A stretch of DNA of 64,000 bases from Aggregatilineales bacterium (GCA_044226325.1 JBGAHG010000033.1:12932-76931); one strand, 5' to 3'; positions 18,174 to 28,952 are shown, counted from the stretch's first letter. Program-made: numbers and translations. The notes: generated from the letters alone by a model not told the origin.

Positions 18174-21100
18174 TTACGACCCGATACCTGCGTGAGCATT
18201 TTCAGCCAGCTTGCCGAGTACGTCCAATAACTGTAATTGCCACGTTTCATCATCGGTTGGAACCATAACTGCCGTACGTGTCACACGCACACCATTGCCG
18301 AGATCTGCTTCGAGTTTTTCGCGGTTGATCTCGGCCAAATACGGCAGTTTGATATGAATCACATCATTGACCGTAATGACCGCAGTAGCCCCTGCTCGCT
18401 GCGCCATAAGCTTCACATCAATGCCATACATTAGGCCATCGACTGCGGGTGGTAGCGTACCAAATCGATCACGCAGTTCCTCACGCATCATATCCACATC
18501 TTCCATGCTGCTCAAGCTGCCCACACGCCGGTAAATTTGTAACCGCAGCGCCATCTCACTGATCCAATCGTTTGGCAGATAAGCGGGCAAGGGCAGATCT
18601 ATGGTCACATTACTTACGGCAATCGGCGGCTGAATATCCTGATTGATATCGCTCTTGAGCTGCTGTACGGCATGGGTCAGCAGTTGGGTATACAGGTGCA
18701 GCCCGATTGCCGCTACGTGTCCGGTTTGCCGCGTACTTAGAATATCACCCGCGCCGCGCAGTTCGAGGTCGCGCATGGCAATCTGGTATCCTGCGCCCAA
18801 TTCCGTATATTCTGCTAATGCTTCTAATCTTGTACGCGCTTCATCGGTCAGCCGGTTATTGCTGGGATGGAAGAAATACGTAAACGCCTGTTGGGCACTA
18901 CGCCCTACACGCCCACGTAACTGATACAACTGCGACATGCCAAACCAGTCAGCACGATCGACAATCAATGTGTTAGCGTTCGGAATATCAATGCCATTTT
19001 CAATGATTGACGTCGAAAGTAGAATGTCATACTCGCCGCGTCCGAAAGCCCCCATGACCTTTTCCAGCAGGCGCTCATCCATCTGCCCGTGACCTTCAAC
19101 CACCCGCGCTTCCGGCACGATTTCTTCCAACTTTTCGCGCACCGAGTCCATCGTATTAATTCGGTTATGGACATAGAAGACTTGTCCGCCACGTTCCAGT
19201 TCGCGGATGACGGCCTGCCTCACCAGGCGGTCATCAAATGGGCCAACATGCGTCACGATTGGCAGCCGTTCTTCCGGTGGAGTTTGGATCATTGTAATAT
19301 CCCGCACGCCCGTTAAGCTCATATACAGCGTGCGCGGAATAGGTGTTGCGGTCAGCGTCATCACATCCACCTGCGTTCGCATCCGCTTCAGATATTCCTT
19401 ATGCGTCACCCCGAAGCGTTGTTCTTCATCAATGATCACGAGCCCAAGGTTGCTGAAGCCCACATCATCCTGTAACAACCGGTGTGTGCCGATAATAATA
19501 TCAATCTCACCATTGGCGAGCAGGGGCAGTATAGCCCGCTGTTCATCTTTGGTGCGGAAGCGCGAAATCATCTCTACCTTGACCGGGAAGTTCGCCAGTC
19601 GCTGGCTGAAGTTTTCATAATGTTGCTGTGCCAACACCGTCGTTGGAACCAGCAGTGCCACTTGCTTGCCGCCCATCACCGCCTTGAATGCCGCCCGCAG
19701 TGCCACTTCTGTCTTACCATAACCGACTTCCCCGCAGATTAATCGATCCATCGGCACCGGACGTTCCATGTCGCCCTTGACCTCGCGGATCGCACGTAGT
19801 TGGTCTTCAGTCTCAACGTACGGGAATGAGGCTTCCAACTCGTGCTGCCAGGGAGTATCTGGCGCGAAAGCAAACCCTGCTGTCGCCATACGCTGGGCAT
19901 ATAGTGCCAACAGTTCCTTGGCTTCATCTTCAACTGCCTTCCGCGCCTGACTCGTGACCTTCGCCCAATCCGGTTTGCCTAAACGGCTCAAACTCGGTGG
20001 ACGGTCATCCGGCCCAACATATCGCGTCAGCCGATCCGCTTGATGTATCGGGACGAATACCATATCCGTACCGGCGAATTCGATCACTAAATATTCGCGT
20101 TCGTTGCCCTCAATTGTGCGCCGCCGCATCCCCCCAAATCGGCCAATTCCGTAATCCTGATGCACCACAAAATCACCGGGGTTGAGATCAGCATAACTCG
20201 ACTCCGGCAACCGTCCTTTAGTGACGGTTTTGCGGCGTCGTGGTTCTGGTCGGTTCCACCCGAAGATCTCTGCATCAGTTAGCAGATGCACCTCGATACC
20301 CGGCAGTCGCATTTTCCAGCCTTCGCCCAGCGCACCATCCACCAGCAATAACGTTCCGGGTACAGGTGGATCGATTACATCTTTGACGGTTGGCACGAAG
20401 CCTTCCTGCTCACGCCACAAATCGGCCACTCGCACCGATTGATGAGATACGACCACCGCGCAGTCACTGGTTTTTTGTGCGTTACGGAGTCGGGCCAGCA
20501 GCGGTTTAAGCTGACCACCAAAACGTTCTTCTGGCGCAAAGACACCGCGGAACTGAACCGTCTCTTCTTTTACGGGAATCGGCTCTTCCAGTTCCTCGCT
20601 GTCCTCATCGGTATATGCCATGCTGCCAAAATGCACGGTCGTTCGATGCTCGAATTCCTCTGCTAATGCATCCCATGTTAAATACGGCAGGGGATGGTCA
20701 GCGGCAAGTTGATTAGCTGATATGCGTTCGGCACGGCTCTTAATTGCACCTTCCTCAACCCCTGCAATCGTGTCGCGCAGTTCCGCCCAATCCTCAACCA
20801 CAATCAGCGCGTCTGGTGGAGCATAGTCTAACAAGCTAACCGGCTGCGGATAAATATAGGGGATGTAATGTTCGAGGTTCGGGAAAGCCACACCATTTGT
20901 TAGCGGTTCGGCATCTTTAATAGGTGTGGTCATATCTTCGCCTGCCGGTGGCAGACTATCAAAATATGATTTGAGATGTGCAGCTAATGGTGGCGTTTGC
21001 TCCGGTAGTACTTCACGCGCCGGTGGTATCGCAACAAAGGCCATTTTGTCAGCCGAACGCTGTGTTGACGGATCGAAAACGCGGATACTGTCAATCTCGT

Positions 21101-21743
21101 CGTCAAAAAAATCAATTCGCGCTGGTTTATCGGCTGCCAGCGGGAAAATATCAACTACACCGCCGCGCCGGCTGAACGTTCCCGGCTCTACCACTACGCT
21201 CACCGGTTCATATCCCAGTTTCAGCCAGCGATTGAGCAGCACATCTAGCGTATGCCGCTGCCCCGCTTTGAGCAGCAGTGTTGACTTGCGAAACTGATTC
21301 ACTGGCATCGTGCGCTGCATGATGCCCCGTGCCGATGTAACGATGACCGGCTGTTGAACCCTGTCTGAAATCAAGTCAGTCGCTCGTTCGGCCACCTCGT
21401 CAGGCGGTGTTAGCGCAGCCAAAGCTGCAATGCGCCCCCGTATGACATTTTCTACCCACGGCGTCCGTTCATAGAATAGCGCAGTCGGTTCGGCAAATCG
21501 GTAAACCGGACGATCCCCCAACCACACCGGTAGTTGCTCAGATACGTTGTAAGCGCGGTCAACCCGCCCCGTAATGTAGATGATCGGCGCGGGCCACTCT
21601 TGTGCCAGCGCAGCCAGCAGAAAAGGTCGTGCAGCCCGTATCACGCCCAGATCAGGCATGGCGCTGTCACCCTTCAATTGGGTTAGCAAATCGCGGTAAA
21701 CGCTGCTGCTGCGTAAAAGATCAAGGAGTCCAGTAAGTTGCAT
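18174..21743 (-). CDS. mfd: Transcription-repair coupling factor
   Basis: UvrB-like RGGVVDIFP; RID domain VVHQDYGIGRF; helicase motifs GYGKTEVA, DEEQRFGV, TATPIPRT, QLRGRVGR; TRG motif DLELRGAG. Confidence 0.98.
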   Translation of the reverse strand: MQLTGLLDLLRSSSVYRDLLTQLKGDSAMPDLGVIRAARPFLLAALAQEWPAPIIYITGRVDRAYNVSEQLPVWLGDRPVYRFAEPTALFYERTPWVENVIRGRIAALAALTPPDEVAERATDLISDRVQQPVIVTSARGIMQRTMPVNQFRKSTLLLKAGQRHTLDVLLNRWLKLGYEPVSVVVEPGTFSRRGGVVDIFPLAADKPARIDFFDDEIDSIRVFDPSTQRSADKMAFVAIPPAREVLPEQTPPLAAHLKSYFDSLPPAGEDMTTPIKDAEPLTNGVAFPNLEHYIPYIYPQPVSLLDYAPPDALIVVEDWAELRDTIAGVEEGAIKSRAERISANQLAADHPLPYLTWDALAEEFEHRTTVHFGSMAYTDEDSEELEEPIPVKEETVQFRGVFAPEERFGGQLKPLLARLRNAQKTSDCAVVVSHQSVRVADLWREQEGFVPTVKDVIDPPVPGTLLLVDGALGEGWKMRLPGIEVHLLTDAEIFGWNRPEPRRRKTVTKGRLPESSYADLNPGDFVVHQDYGIGRFGGMRRRTIEGNEREYLVIEFAGTDMVFVPIHQADRLTRYVGPDDRPPSLSRLGKPDWAKVTSQARKAVEDEAKELLALYAQRMATAGFAFAPDTPWQHELEASFPYVETEDQLRAIREVKGDMERPVPMDRLICGEVGYGKTEVALRAAFKAVMGGKQVALLVPTTVLAQQHYENFSQRLANFPVKVEMISRFRTKDEQRAILPLLANGEIDIIIGTHRLLQDDVGFSNLGLVIIDEEQRFGVTHKEYLKRMRTQVDVMTLTATPIPRTLYMSLTGVRDITMIQTPPEERLPIVTHVGPFDDRLVRQAVIRELERGGQVFYVHNRINTMDSVREKLEEIVPEARVVEGHGQMDERLLEKVMGAFGRGEYDILLSTSIIENGIDIPNANTLIVDRADWFGMSQLYQLRGRVGRSAQQAFTYFFHPSNNRLTDEARTRLEALAEYTELGAGYQIAMRDLELRGAGDILSTRQTGHVAAIGLHLYTQLLTHAVQQLKSDINQDIQPPIAVSNVTIDLPLPAYLPNDWISEMALRLQIYRRVGSLSSMEDVDMMREELRDRFGTLPPAVDGLMYGIDVKLMAQRAGATAVITVNDVIHIKLPYLAEINREKLEADLGNGVRVTRTAVMVPTDDETWQLQLLDVLGKLAENAHAGIGS

Positions 21744-21983
21744 AGGTTCTTTCAGTTATGTCCTGAATAGTGGAGCGAAATTCGTTGCTCAGGCAGTGAG
21801 CAACCGTCTATTATAAACTCTGTAGCTAAAAAGGGAATGAGACCATAGTAGAGATAGCTGTAACCATTGGCTATTTGATCTGAATCTACAAATAATTAAG
21901 ACACCCACTAGTCCTTTTCATAATCCTTGCCGAATCATTGTAAGCTATATAGATAGATGTAAAAATAGTTGAGGATTTCCGCA

Positions 21984-22226
21984 ATGTGGGAACTGGCCGT
22001 ATGGTCAATTTTTGGTGCATTAATCGGCTCATTTGGAACCGCATACATTCACCAGCGCACCGGGCGTGATGTAACGATGGGCGGCATTCTGGGCATGGTT
22101 ATCGGAGCGATTGGTAGTTTTGTCTTGTTAGCTATATTTTGGGTATGGTTATACTATATGTCGCCCGGACCAGTTGGTCGTGTTTATGGCACGCGCCGCA
22201 AAGAATGGTATCGCTGGTGGGATTAA
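21984..22226 (+). CDS. Small 2-TM membrane protein
   Basis: 80 aa with two Gly-rich hydrophobic helices and a basic/aromatic tail; SD GAGG. Confidence 0.7.
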   Translation: MWELAVWSIFGALIGSFGTAYIHQRTGRDVTMGGILGMVIGAIGSFVLLAIFWVWLYYMSPGPVGRVYGTRRKEWYRWWD

Positions 22227-22535
22227 TTAAATAGGCCATCTTTCACGATAATTAGCCGCTCTGAGCATCTTGAAGCCGGTGTAAGCAAAATACAACCCCC
22301 CCGGTAATCGAATCGCCGCGAACAGCACTGGAATGTGAGAAATAATCGCTGCAAAACCGATCATTCCAGCAGCCACATGAATCAGTGAGCCGGTGATAAT
22401 GCCGCGTGCTACCCATAATCCAGCGCGAGGCGAACGGGTTAGAGCCGTTTGTGTAACCGCGAGAAAATTAGCGCCAGTGATAATAACCGCTGTGACATGA
22501 ATGATTGCCAGCGTGAGCCAGATAGATTCATTCAT
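22227..22535 (-). pseudogene. Truncated LysE/RhtB-family exporter (N-terminal half only)
   Basis: MNESIWLTLAIIH...ITGANFLAV...RAGLWVARGIITG...GGLYFAYTGFKML matches the LysE N-half. It stops at 102 aa (about 200 expected), the PGP motif is degenerate, and it abuts the convergent gene's stop codon. Confidence 0.65.
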
Positions 22536-22560
22536 CACGAGTTGACTCTCTGGTCGGGGA

Positions 22561-23475
22561 TTAATAAATCTTAGTACTGGCGCTGTACCAATATTCAGTA
22601 CCATTCTGCTGCCGGTTAAGCTGCCCATACTCGAAAAGTTCTCGGCGTAACAGCGCCGCATCATTAAAAGTGTGCCATTGGTTTAGCAGCTCATTGACGT
22701 CATTTTCGCTGTAGGTTTTGCCCGCTTCAAATTTGCTCGAGAGGTAATCCAGTGCCACCAGTTGCTTGGATCGTTTGGAAGGCCACCACTTTAGCCGCCC
22801 CTCTACATCCAAATGATTTTTGAGCGACTCGAAATCAGGTGCTAACTCCACTTGTTTTCGTTTTTCCGGCGCAGCCTTTTTGGGCAGCGGTTTCGGCTCA
22901 TCGATACTGCCGTTATGCCGCGTCATCGCCAGATCAATACCTTCGACCAGCCATGTTTCCACAGCATCTGCTGCGCGGTCAACCACTTGCGCCGCGAGGA
23001 TACCATCATCGCCTTTAAACGCGCTCAGGACGTAATCGCGCCCTTGCATCTTTCCCGGTGGTCGCCCGATGCCGAAGCGTAAGCGGTTGAAATCCGGCGT
23101 GCCCAGATGTTGAATGACACTCTTCATGCCGTTTTGCCCACCCGCACCCCCTGTCTGTCGCAGCCTAACCGTTCCCAGTGGGATGTCCAGATCGTCGGCA
23201 ATGACCAGAATACGCGCCAACTCCACCTTATAGAAATCCATCAGTGATCGCACAGCCTCACCGCTCAGGTTCATGAAGGTTTGCGGCTTGGCGAGGATTA
23301 CTTTTTTGTCTTTAATCGTCCCGCTGGCGACCTGCGCCTTACGCTCTGTCTTCCCGAATGCCAATCCGTAACGCCGCGCGATCTCTTCCACCACACGGAA
23401 GCCGACGTTATGGCGCGTGTCTTCATATTCTTTGCCCGGGTTGCCCAACCCGACGATCAGATACCAGTCAGTCAT
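22561..23475 (-). CDS. pth: Peptidyl-tRNA hydrolase fused to a C-terminal DUF2087-like domain
   Basis: LIVGLGNPG, TRHNVGF, KPQTFMNLSG, RLRFGIGRP. Continues through a Pro/Lys linker into GRLKWWPSKRSKQ...YSENDVNELL...DAALLRREL...GTEYW. Confidence 0.93.
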   Translation of the reverse strand: MTDWYLIVGLGNPGKEYEDTRHNVGFRVVEEIARRYGLAFGKTERKAQVASGTIKDKKVILAKPQTFMNLSGEAVRSLMDFYKVELARILVIADDLDIPLGTVRLRQTGGAGGQNGMKSVIQHLGTPDFNRLRFGIGRPPGKMQGRDYVLSAFKGDDGILAAQVVDRAADAVETWLVEGIDLAMTRHNGSIDEPKPLPKKAAPEKRKQVELAPDFESLKNHLDVEGRLKWWPSKRSKQLVALDYLSSKFEAGKTYSENDVNELLNQWHTFNDAALLRRELFEYGQLNRQQNGTEYWYSASTKIY

Positions 23476-23660
23476 ATTTGGTTTATCAGTGTTAGTTAAT
23501 TGATCCTCAAAGCATAGCAGATGAACGACCAATTCTGTAGGGGAGTGTCTGTGACCTTGCTGCAACTTTATGACCAATTTTATATGGACGCGATCTCGGT
23601 CTTTGCTTCCCTCATTACTTGCGGGGGAAGGTTAGGATGCTGTCAGGGCCGAGGTGGGCA

Positions 23661-24032
23661 TCAACCTAGTTTTTTCCGTTGTTCGTCATTGTGCTTGCCG
23701 TACGCGTTTAATCCCGCCAGCCACTGCGCCCGAATATCCTCCGGGATCAGCTCCACGTATAGCGGCGTACCCTGTTCATAATACGACTCCGGCACACCGT
23801 ACCAGTGCGTCAGTCCCATTTCGGGCTCATACTGCCGTATGAAGTTAACGAGGTTAGATTCTTCAGCCGTACGTATCGCGAACGTCATCACCGCTAAACC
23901 CTGCTGGGTCATATTAATCGGCGCGACCGCCACCAATTCACAGCCGCATTCACCTGCGGCGTGCATCAATGCGTCATAATCGGTATCAGGGCGGATTACC
24001 CATCCGCAGGCGAAATAAAGAACATTGGTCAT
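23661..24032 (-). CDS. Hypothetical protein
   Basis: 123-aa ORF with plausible globular composition. Confidence 0.65.
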   Translation of the reverse strand: MTNVLYFACGWVIRPDTDYDALMHAAGECGCELVAVAPINMTQQGLAVMTFAIRTAEESNLVNFIRQYEPEMGLTHWYGVPESYYEQGTPLYVELIPEDIRAQWLAGLNAYGKHNDEQRKKLG

Positions 24033-24048
24033 ATGTCATCGATCTTTT

Positions 24049-24074
24049 GTAGGGACATGACCTGCCATGTCCGT
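24049..24074 (+). repeat. GTAG-type REP palindrome
   Basis: GTAG-GGACATG-acctgc-CATGTCC-GT, same family as 4416. Confidence 0.7.
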
Positions 24075-24157
24075 TGATTATACGTGCGAGGCGTATTTTA
24101 ATTCGTCCGTGTTTGCAGGGACAGAATCAAGGTCTTTAACTCTTTAATGCGGATTTC

Positions 24158-24183
24158 GTAGGGGAGAGTTTGTAACCCTCCCG
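24158..24183 (+). repeat. Degenerate GTAG-type REP
   Basis: GTAGGGGAGAGTT-tgt-AACCCTCCC. Confidence 0.5.
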
Positions 24184-24297
24184 AATGATTCCCTCCCTTG
24201 TTACTACGCGAGTAAGGGTAGGGACATTATCTCCGTATTATTTTCTTAACCGTTATCAGTTTATTTGTTGCTGATCCGTCCTCGCTGCGACCCCATT

Positions 24298-26250
24298 TTA
24301 CACCATCTCACGCTCACCCTTGAACTGTGTTTCGTACAAATCGGCATACAAACCACCCTGCGCCAACAGTTCTTGGTGCGTTCCACGTTCCACTGTTTGT
24401 CCGCGGTCCATCACCAGGATTTGATCAGCCGCCAAAATTGTGCTCAGCCGGTGTGCAATCACGATGCTCGTCCGTCCTGCCATCACTGTTTTCAAAGCGT
24501 CCTGAATCAGTGCTTCCGATTGGCTGTCGAGGTGACTCGTTGCTTCGTCCAGCACCAGAATACGCGGGTTTTTCAAAATGACCCGTGCGATAGCCAGACG
24601 TTGTTTTTCGCCGCCGCTTAGTCGGTATCCGCGTTCACCCACCACCGAATCATACCCGTCGGTCAGTCCCATAATGAAATCGTGAATATTGGCTGCTTTG
24701 CAGGCGGCTTCGATTTCTGCCTGTGTTGCATCTACCTTGGCATACAGCAAGTTCGTGCGGATCGTATCGTGGAACAGATGCGTCTCTTGTGTCACCATGC
24801 CAATCTGCGAAGCCAGTGATTCCAGCGTCACATCCCGTAGGTCGTGACCGTCAATGAGGATTTTTCCATCAGTCGGATCATATAATCGCGGGATGAGATA
24901 GGTCATCGTGGTTTTGCCCGCGCCGCTTGGTCCCACCAGCGCTACCAATTGCCCCGGCTTAATCGTGAACGACACATCCTCTAAAGCCGCTTCTCGTGCC
25001 TGAGTATGGGGAGCATCTTCCTCGCCGTTACTCGTGATTTTCGGTGCTTTATCCTTAGCATCACTATCCAGCGACAGCACATTTTTGATGTTTTCCATTC
25101 GTCCCGGACGGCTCACTTCTGTCAGCAGATTTTCTGCTCCCATATCGTATCGAAAGCCGACATGATCAAATGTCAGTTCGCCGCGCACATCTTTGAGGGT
25201 CAACGCATCCGGCTTTTCGATAATATCTAACGGCAGATCAATCACTTCAAATACACGTTCAAAACTGACCATCGAACGGGCAAAAATGACCGGCGAATTA
25301 GTCAGTGATTGCAGCGGGCCATACAATTGGCCTAAGTAAGCACTGAAGGCCACAATAGTGCCGATACTGAACACGCCGTCCAGCACCAGATGACCGCCCA
25401 CCCAGTACACCACCGCTGTGCCGACCACGCCGACCATACCTACGATCACCCAGAACTGGTTGCCAAGGTAAGCCTCACGCACGCCAATATCACGCACCTT
25501 GCCCGCACGGTTGGCAAAACGGTCCATTTCTAACGTGCCGCGTCCGAACAGCTTGACGAGCAGCGTACCGCCGATGTTCAACGTCTCGTTCATCATGGCG
25601 TTCATCTGCGCGTTATATTCCATACCTTCGCGACGCAAAGAGCGCAGCTTTCCACCGCGCTTACGGGCAATGACGATGAATACTGGCAACACAGCCACAC
25701 TCATGATTGTCAGCCGCCAGTCCATTGTCAGCATGACGCCCATAACGGCGATAACCTGTACCACATTCACCACCATCGTCACAATCGTGTCACTGATAGC
25801 CGACTGCGCGTTCACCACATCGTTATTCAGTCGGCTCATCAACTCGCCTACTTTTGTGTTGGTGAAAAAGCGCATCGACATGCGTTGCAGATGATTGTAA
25901 AGCGCTGTTCGCAGGTCAAAGATGACACCTTCGCCAATTTGGGCGTTTAGCAGCCGCGAATACATGCCGACCAAACTCACCACAATCGGGATCAGAACCA
26001 GACCCACTGCCAGTACATTCAGCCGTTGCACATCACCTTTGGGCAGGGCATTGTCAATCAGATCTCGGAAGATCAACGGCGTCAGCAGCCCTAATCCTGT
26101 TGTGATCAGAATCGTCACCAGCGTAATCGCGATTTTGTTCCAATAGGGACGTGCATAACCCAGCACACGTTTGACCAACGGCCACGTGACACTCTTCGTC
26201 TTTTCTTGATCGCCGCCCCAGGCGTAGACCCACCAACCGCCACCATACAT
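24298..26250 (-). CDS. ABC exporter, fused TMD and NBD (MsbA/Atm1-like half transporter)
   Basis: Six TMs; Walker A GPSGAGKT, signature LSGGEKQR, Walker B ILVLDEAT, IAHRLST. Confidence 0.95.
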   Translation of the reverse strand: MYGGGWWVYAWGGDQEKTKSVTWPLVKRVLGYARPYWNKIAITLVTILITTGLGLLTPLIFRDLIDNALPKGDVQRLNVLAVGLVLIPIVVSLVGMYSRLLNAQIGEGVIFDLRTALYNHLQRMSMRFFTNTKVGELMSRLNNDVVNAQSAISDTIVTMVVNVVQVIAVMGVMLTMDWRLTIMSVAVLPVFIVIARKRGGKLRSLRREGMEYNAQMNAMMNETLNIGGTLLVKLFGRGTLEMDRFANRAGKVRDIGVREAYLGNQFWVIVGMVGVVGTAVVYWVGGHLVLDGVFSIGTIVAFSAYLGQLYGPLQSLTNSPVIFARSMVSFERVFEVIDLPLDIIEKPDALTLKDVRGELTFDHVGFRYDMGAENLLTEVSRPGRMENIKNVLSLDSDAKDKAPKITSNGEEDAPHTQAREAALEDVSFTIKPGQLVALVGPSGAGKTTMTYLIPRLYDPTDGKILIDGHDLRDVTLESLASQIGMVTQETHLFHDTIRTNLLYAKVDATQAEIEAACKAANIHDFIMGLTDGYDSVVGERGYRLSGGEKQRLAIARVILKNPRILVLDEATSHLDSQSEALIQDALKTVMAGRTSIVIAHRLSTILAADQILVMDRGQTVERGTHQELLAQGGLYADLYETQFKGEREMV

Positions 26251-27057
26251 GGTTGGCCTCCATGTTCAAATATTTTTCGAGGATGAGTGAATCATACAGA
26301 ACATATGAACGGTCGTCTACTGCACGAATGGTCAGGATAATACTCATTTAAAAGCGGGTGGCGGCTTGGGGTAACTGGTTTGACCCATGACTTATAATAA
26401 TATCGTTGAATATATTCGTTTTTAGGTTTAATTCTGCAAATCTGCTCTACCGATTTCCAACTATTCGCCAACGATCTTAATAATTTCCCTCTCTCAAATT
26501 GGTTAGCGCCAACACCTGGAAAGAGTTACAAAATGGTCTTCCAAAATGTAACCCATTACCATCCCACTTCGATTATCATTTTATTGGTGACCGTGTAATA
26601 CGCCCTTGAACTGAATTTTTACGACTTTCGCGTTCCCTCATTTTCAAACAGGCCTATTCCGAGTCGTTTGCAGGAAGTTTTGGGGTGAGGGTTCTCGGCG
26701 CATCTTAACAACACCCGATACGCACAAACGGCACAACAACCGATGTCGCCTGTGCCGCTTTTGCTGCTTTTGCAGCATATGTCGCTGATTCGGCGCTGAT
26801 CTCCCTTACAATCGCCGTCAGACGCATGTCAATAATGGCAGATTCGCCGCCGCCACAAAACACGGCTTAGAGGATTTGCATTGGAGTAGGGCAGAGGCCA
26901 GCCTCAACCGTCCACAAAATCCATACCATGCGCCCCGACACTGACCACATCGACCATATTTCTGACAATTGTAGTCAAGAGAGCAAACAGCCAAATTGCA
27001 CTGTGAAATTGAAGAATGTGAAGAATTTTGGGAATGTTTGGATGGGGAATCGCCCAC

Positions 27058-27822
27058 TCACGGAGTCTGCTTCGGCTCAACCGTTATCATCGTCGGTGGC
27101 GTATGCTCACGCTGCTTAAGCCACCGGATCAAGATCGGTAGATTATCCACATCCGGTAGGGGAATACTTAACCACACGGACGTATCCGGTTGCGCGAAAA
27201 TCGAAAGTTGACCACCACTAATTTTGTAGCCGTCAAACGCTGCCCAGGGCAGGTCACGCCCTTTTTCTTCAAGGCCGTCGTTGTTCAGGCGAAGCGTGTT
27301 CGAAAATGGAATCTTCTCACCCTTCGCCATCTCTTCTTTCAGATAAGGTTCGAGTACGGCGTAAATCTTTTTTTCCGCTTGCGCGCCAAGTTCCTCGATA
27401 CGAACGTAAATGTTATCGAGGATCATTATTTCACCGCGCAGGGTTGTCAGCGTGAATTTATAGGTGTTTCGCCGGATTAAACCGCCAAAATAGGCCAACC
27501 GCTGTCCTTGCTGCCGGACGCTCAGCACCTCATGGTAAAGAAAGAACACCGGACGCGCACCCTCACGGTAGCTGAAGCCTTCCTCGTACAGCACGACCTC
27601 ACGGTTCCAATAGTGCAGCACCCGCCAGCCTAACGACAGCACCACCGCTGCCATAATGATGACCGTCAAAACCGGCCCCCACCATGCTTCAATGGTGGCG
27701 AACGTCACATTCAGAATGACCGACGCCACGCCCGAAAGCACTACGGCTGGTGCGACCAGGCGGGTTCGGTCACTTGGATAATTGGCGATTACTTTTCCGA
27801 ATACGGGATCGGCTTCAATCAT
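27058..27822 (-). CDS. Hypothetical membrane protein (2 TM plus PH-like beta domains, DUF6585-like)
   Basis: Two N-terminal TMs, then VVLYEEGF and a LRLNNDGL..LPW beta-rich region. Confidence 0.65.
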   Translation of the reverse strand: MIEADPVFGKVIANYPSDRTRLVAPAVVLSGVASVILNVTFATIEAWWGPVLTVIIMAAVVLSLGWRVLHYWNREVVLYEEGFSYREGARPVFFLYHEVLSVRQQGQRLAYFGGLIRRNTYKFTLTTLRGEIMILDNIYVRIEELGAQAEKKIYAVLEPYLKEEMAKGEKIPFSNTLRLNNDGLEEKGRDLPWAAFDGYKISGGQLSIFAQPDTSVWLSIPLPDVDNLPILIRWLKQREHTPPTMITVEPKQTP

Positions 27823-27830
27823 CGATGAAC

Positions 27831-28703
27831 TTAACTCGGTTTGACATTAGAAACAGACAGGTTATCAAATGTCACCGTCATGCCGGTTCGTCCGGCAGAT
27901 GCACCCACCAGCGCCACTTGGCCTTTGCTGTACAAATCGTCGGTTGTATCGGCCACAAACTGACCATTTACATACATTGCCAGATAGTTGCCCATGCAAA
28001 CTGCACGAATGCGGTTTTGTGCCGCACCCTGGTTAACCGCGCTCGATGAAGACCAATTGACGAGTGGCGTGATCTTACGTCCCTGTGAACGCAGAATCGC
28101 GTAGCGTCCATTGCCCTGCACCATAAACAGATAACCATCACCGTTATTGGATGTGTTATCTTTTTGAGCGTTGGATGCGCCTACTTGGGCGGTCGCTTCA
28201 GCCGTTGATTGTTGGGTGACTTCAATCGTTGCTTCTTGAGTAGCCTCGGCAGTTGCTTCAGCCGTTGCCGCACTATCGGGCAGGGCAACAATCGTATTGC
28301 TGCCTGCCGCCTCGGTGACTTCAGCGGTTGCTTCGGCGTTTGCTGTCACACTTTGTCCGACCGTACCGCGCGCCCTACACATAACACCGTAAGTGCTGTT
28401 CAAATCGGCGCTGGTTTGCACGGCTTCGACATCGATAACTACGTCCCCCAATGTTGCGCCCCATTGCCCATAATACAGCGTACTGTCACCCGTACTCAAT
28501 TGGATGTTGTACACCCCATCGGAAATTTGTAGGCGTGCCGTATTATTGCCGTACAATCCTTCTTCAAAAGTCGCTGCTGACGTGAAATCATAAAAGGCTA
28601 TCTCATCGCCTTTCGTAAACTGCTTAACAGGACTGCTGCCTATGGCGCTGCAAGCCCCCATCAACAATATGCCTAACGTTAAACCCATCATTCGTATTTT
28701 CAC
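27831..28703 (-). CDS. Lipoprotein with a concanavalin-like (DUF1080-like) beta-sandwich interrupted by an E/A/T-rich insert
   Basis: GTG start after AGGAGA; lipobox LMGAC; YGVMCR, NRIRAVC.G..LAMYVNG, GQVAL, VTFDNL. Confidence 0.75.
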   Translation of the reverse strand: MKIRMMGLTLGILLMGACSAIGSSPVKQFTKGDEIAFYDFTSAATFEEGLYGNNTARLQISDGVYNIQLSTGDSTLYYGQWGATLGDVVIDVEAVQTSADLNSTYGVMCRARGTVGQSVTANAEATAEVTEAAGSNTIVALPDSAATAEATAEATQEATIEVTQQSTAEATAQVGASNAQKDNTSNNGDGYLFMVQGNGRYAILRSQGRKITPLVNWSSSSAVNQGAAQNRIRAVCMGNYLAMYVNGQFVADTTDDLYSKGQVALVGASAGRTGMTVTFDNLSVSNVKPS

Positions 28704-28952
28704 GCACGTTCTCCTGTTTATGGGGATGTCATGTGCCAGCAACCGCAGCCGACCCTGAGTAATATTAAACTAATACTATATCCCAAACTCAGGGCAAAAG
28801 TTCGGCTATCTCACGAATTTATTAACTCTTGACCGAGTTTAACACAAAATCCAAGGCCGTGTGTGCATGGCTGGTATCGGTCAGCGCACCACTTTAAACG
28901 GTGCTACAATAATCGTAAGGTTGAGTGACCATTTGAATGGGGAGTAGTAAAT

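Noticed and set aside
19705-19740. Mfd Walker A reads GEVGYGKT rather than GDVG.GKT
   Set aside because: Conservative change at a variable position; GKT and all other motifs are intact.
26818-27057. Cys-rich 79-aa minus-strand ORF as a RiPP or metallothionein
   Set aside because: No clear RBS, no modifying enzymes nearby and no recognisable Cys pattern; probably spurious.
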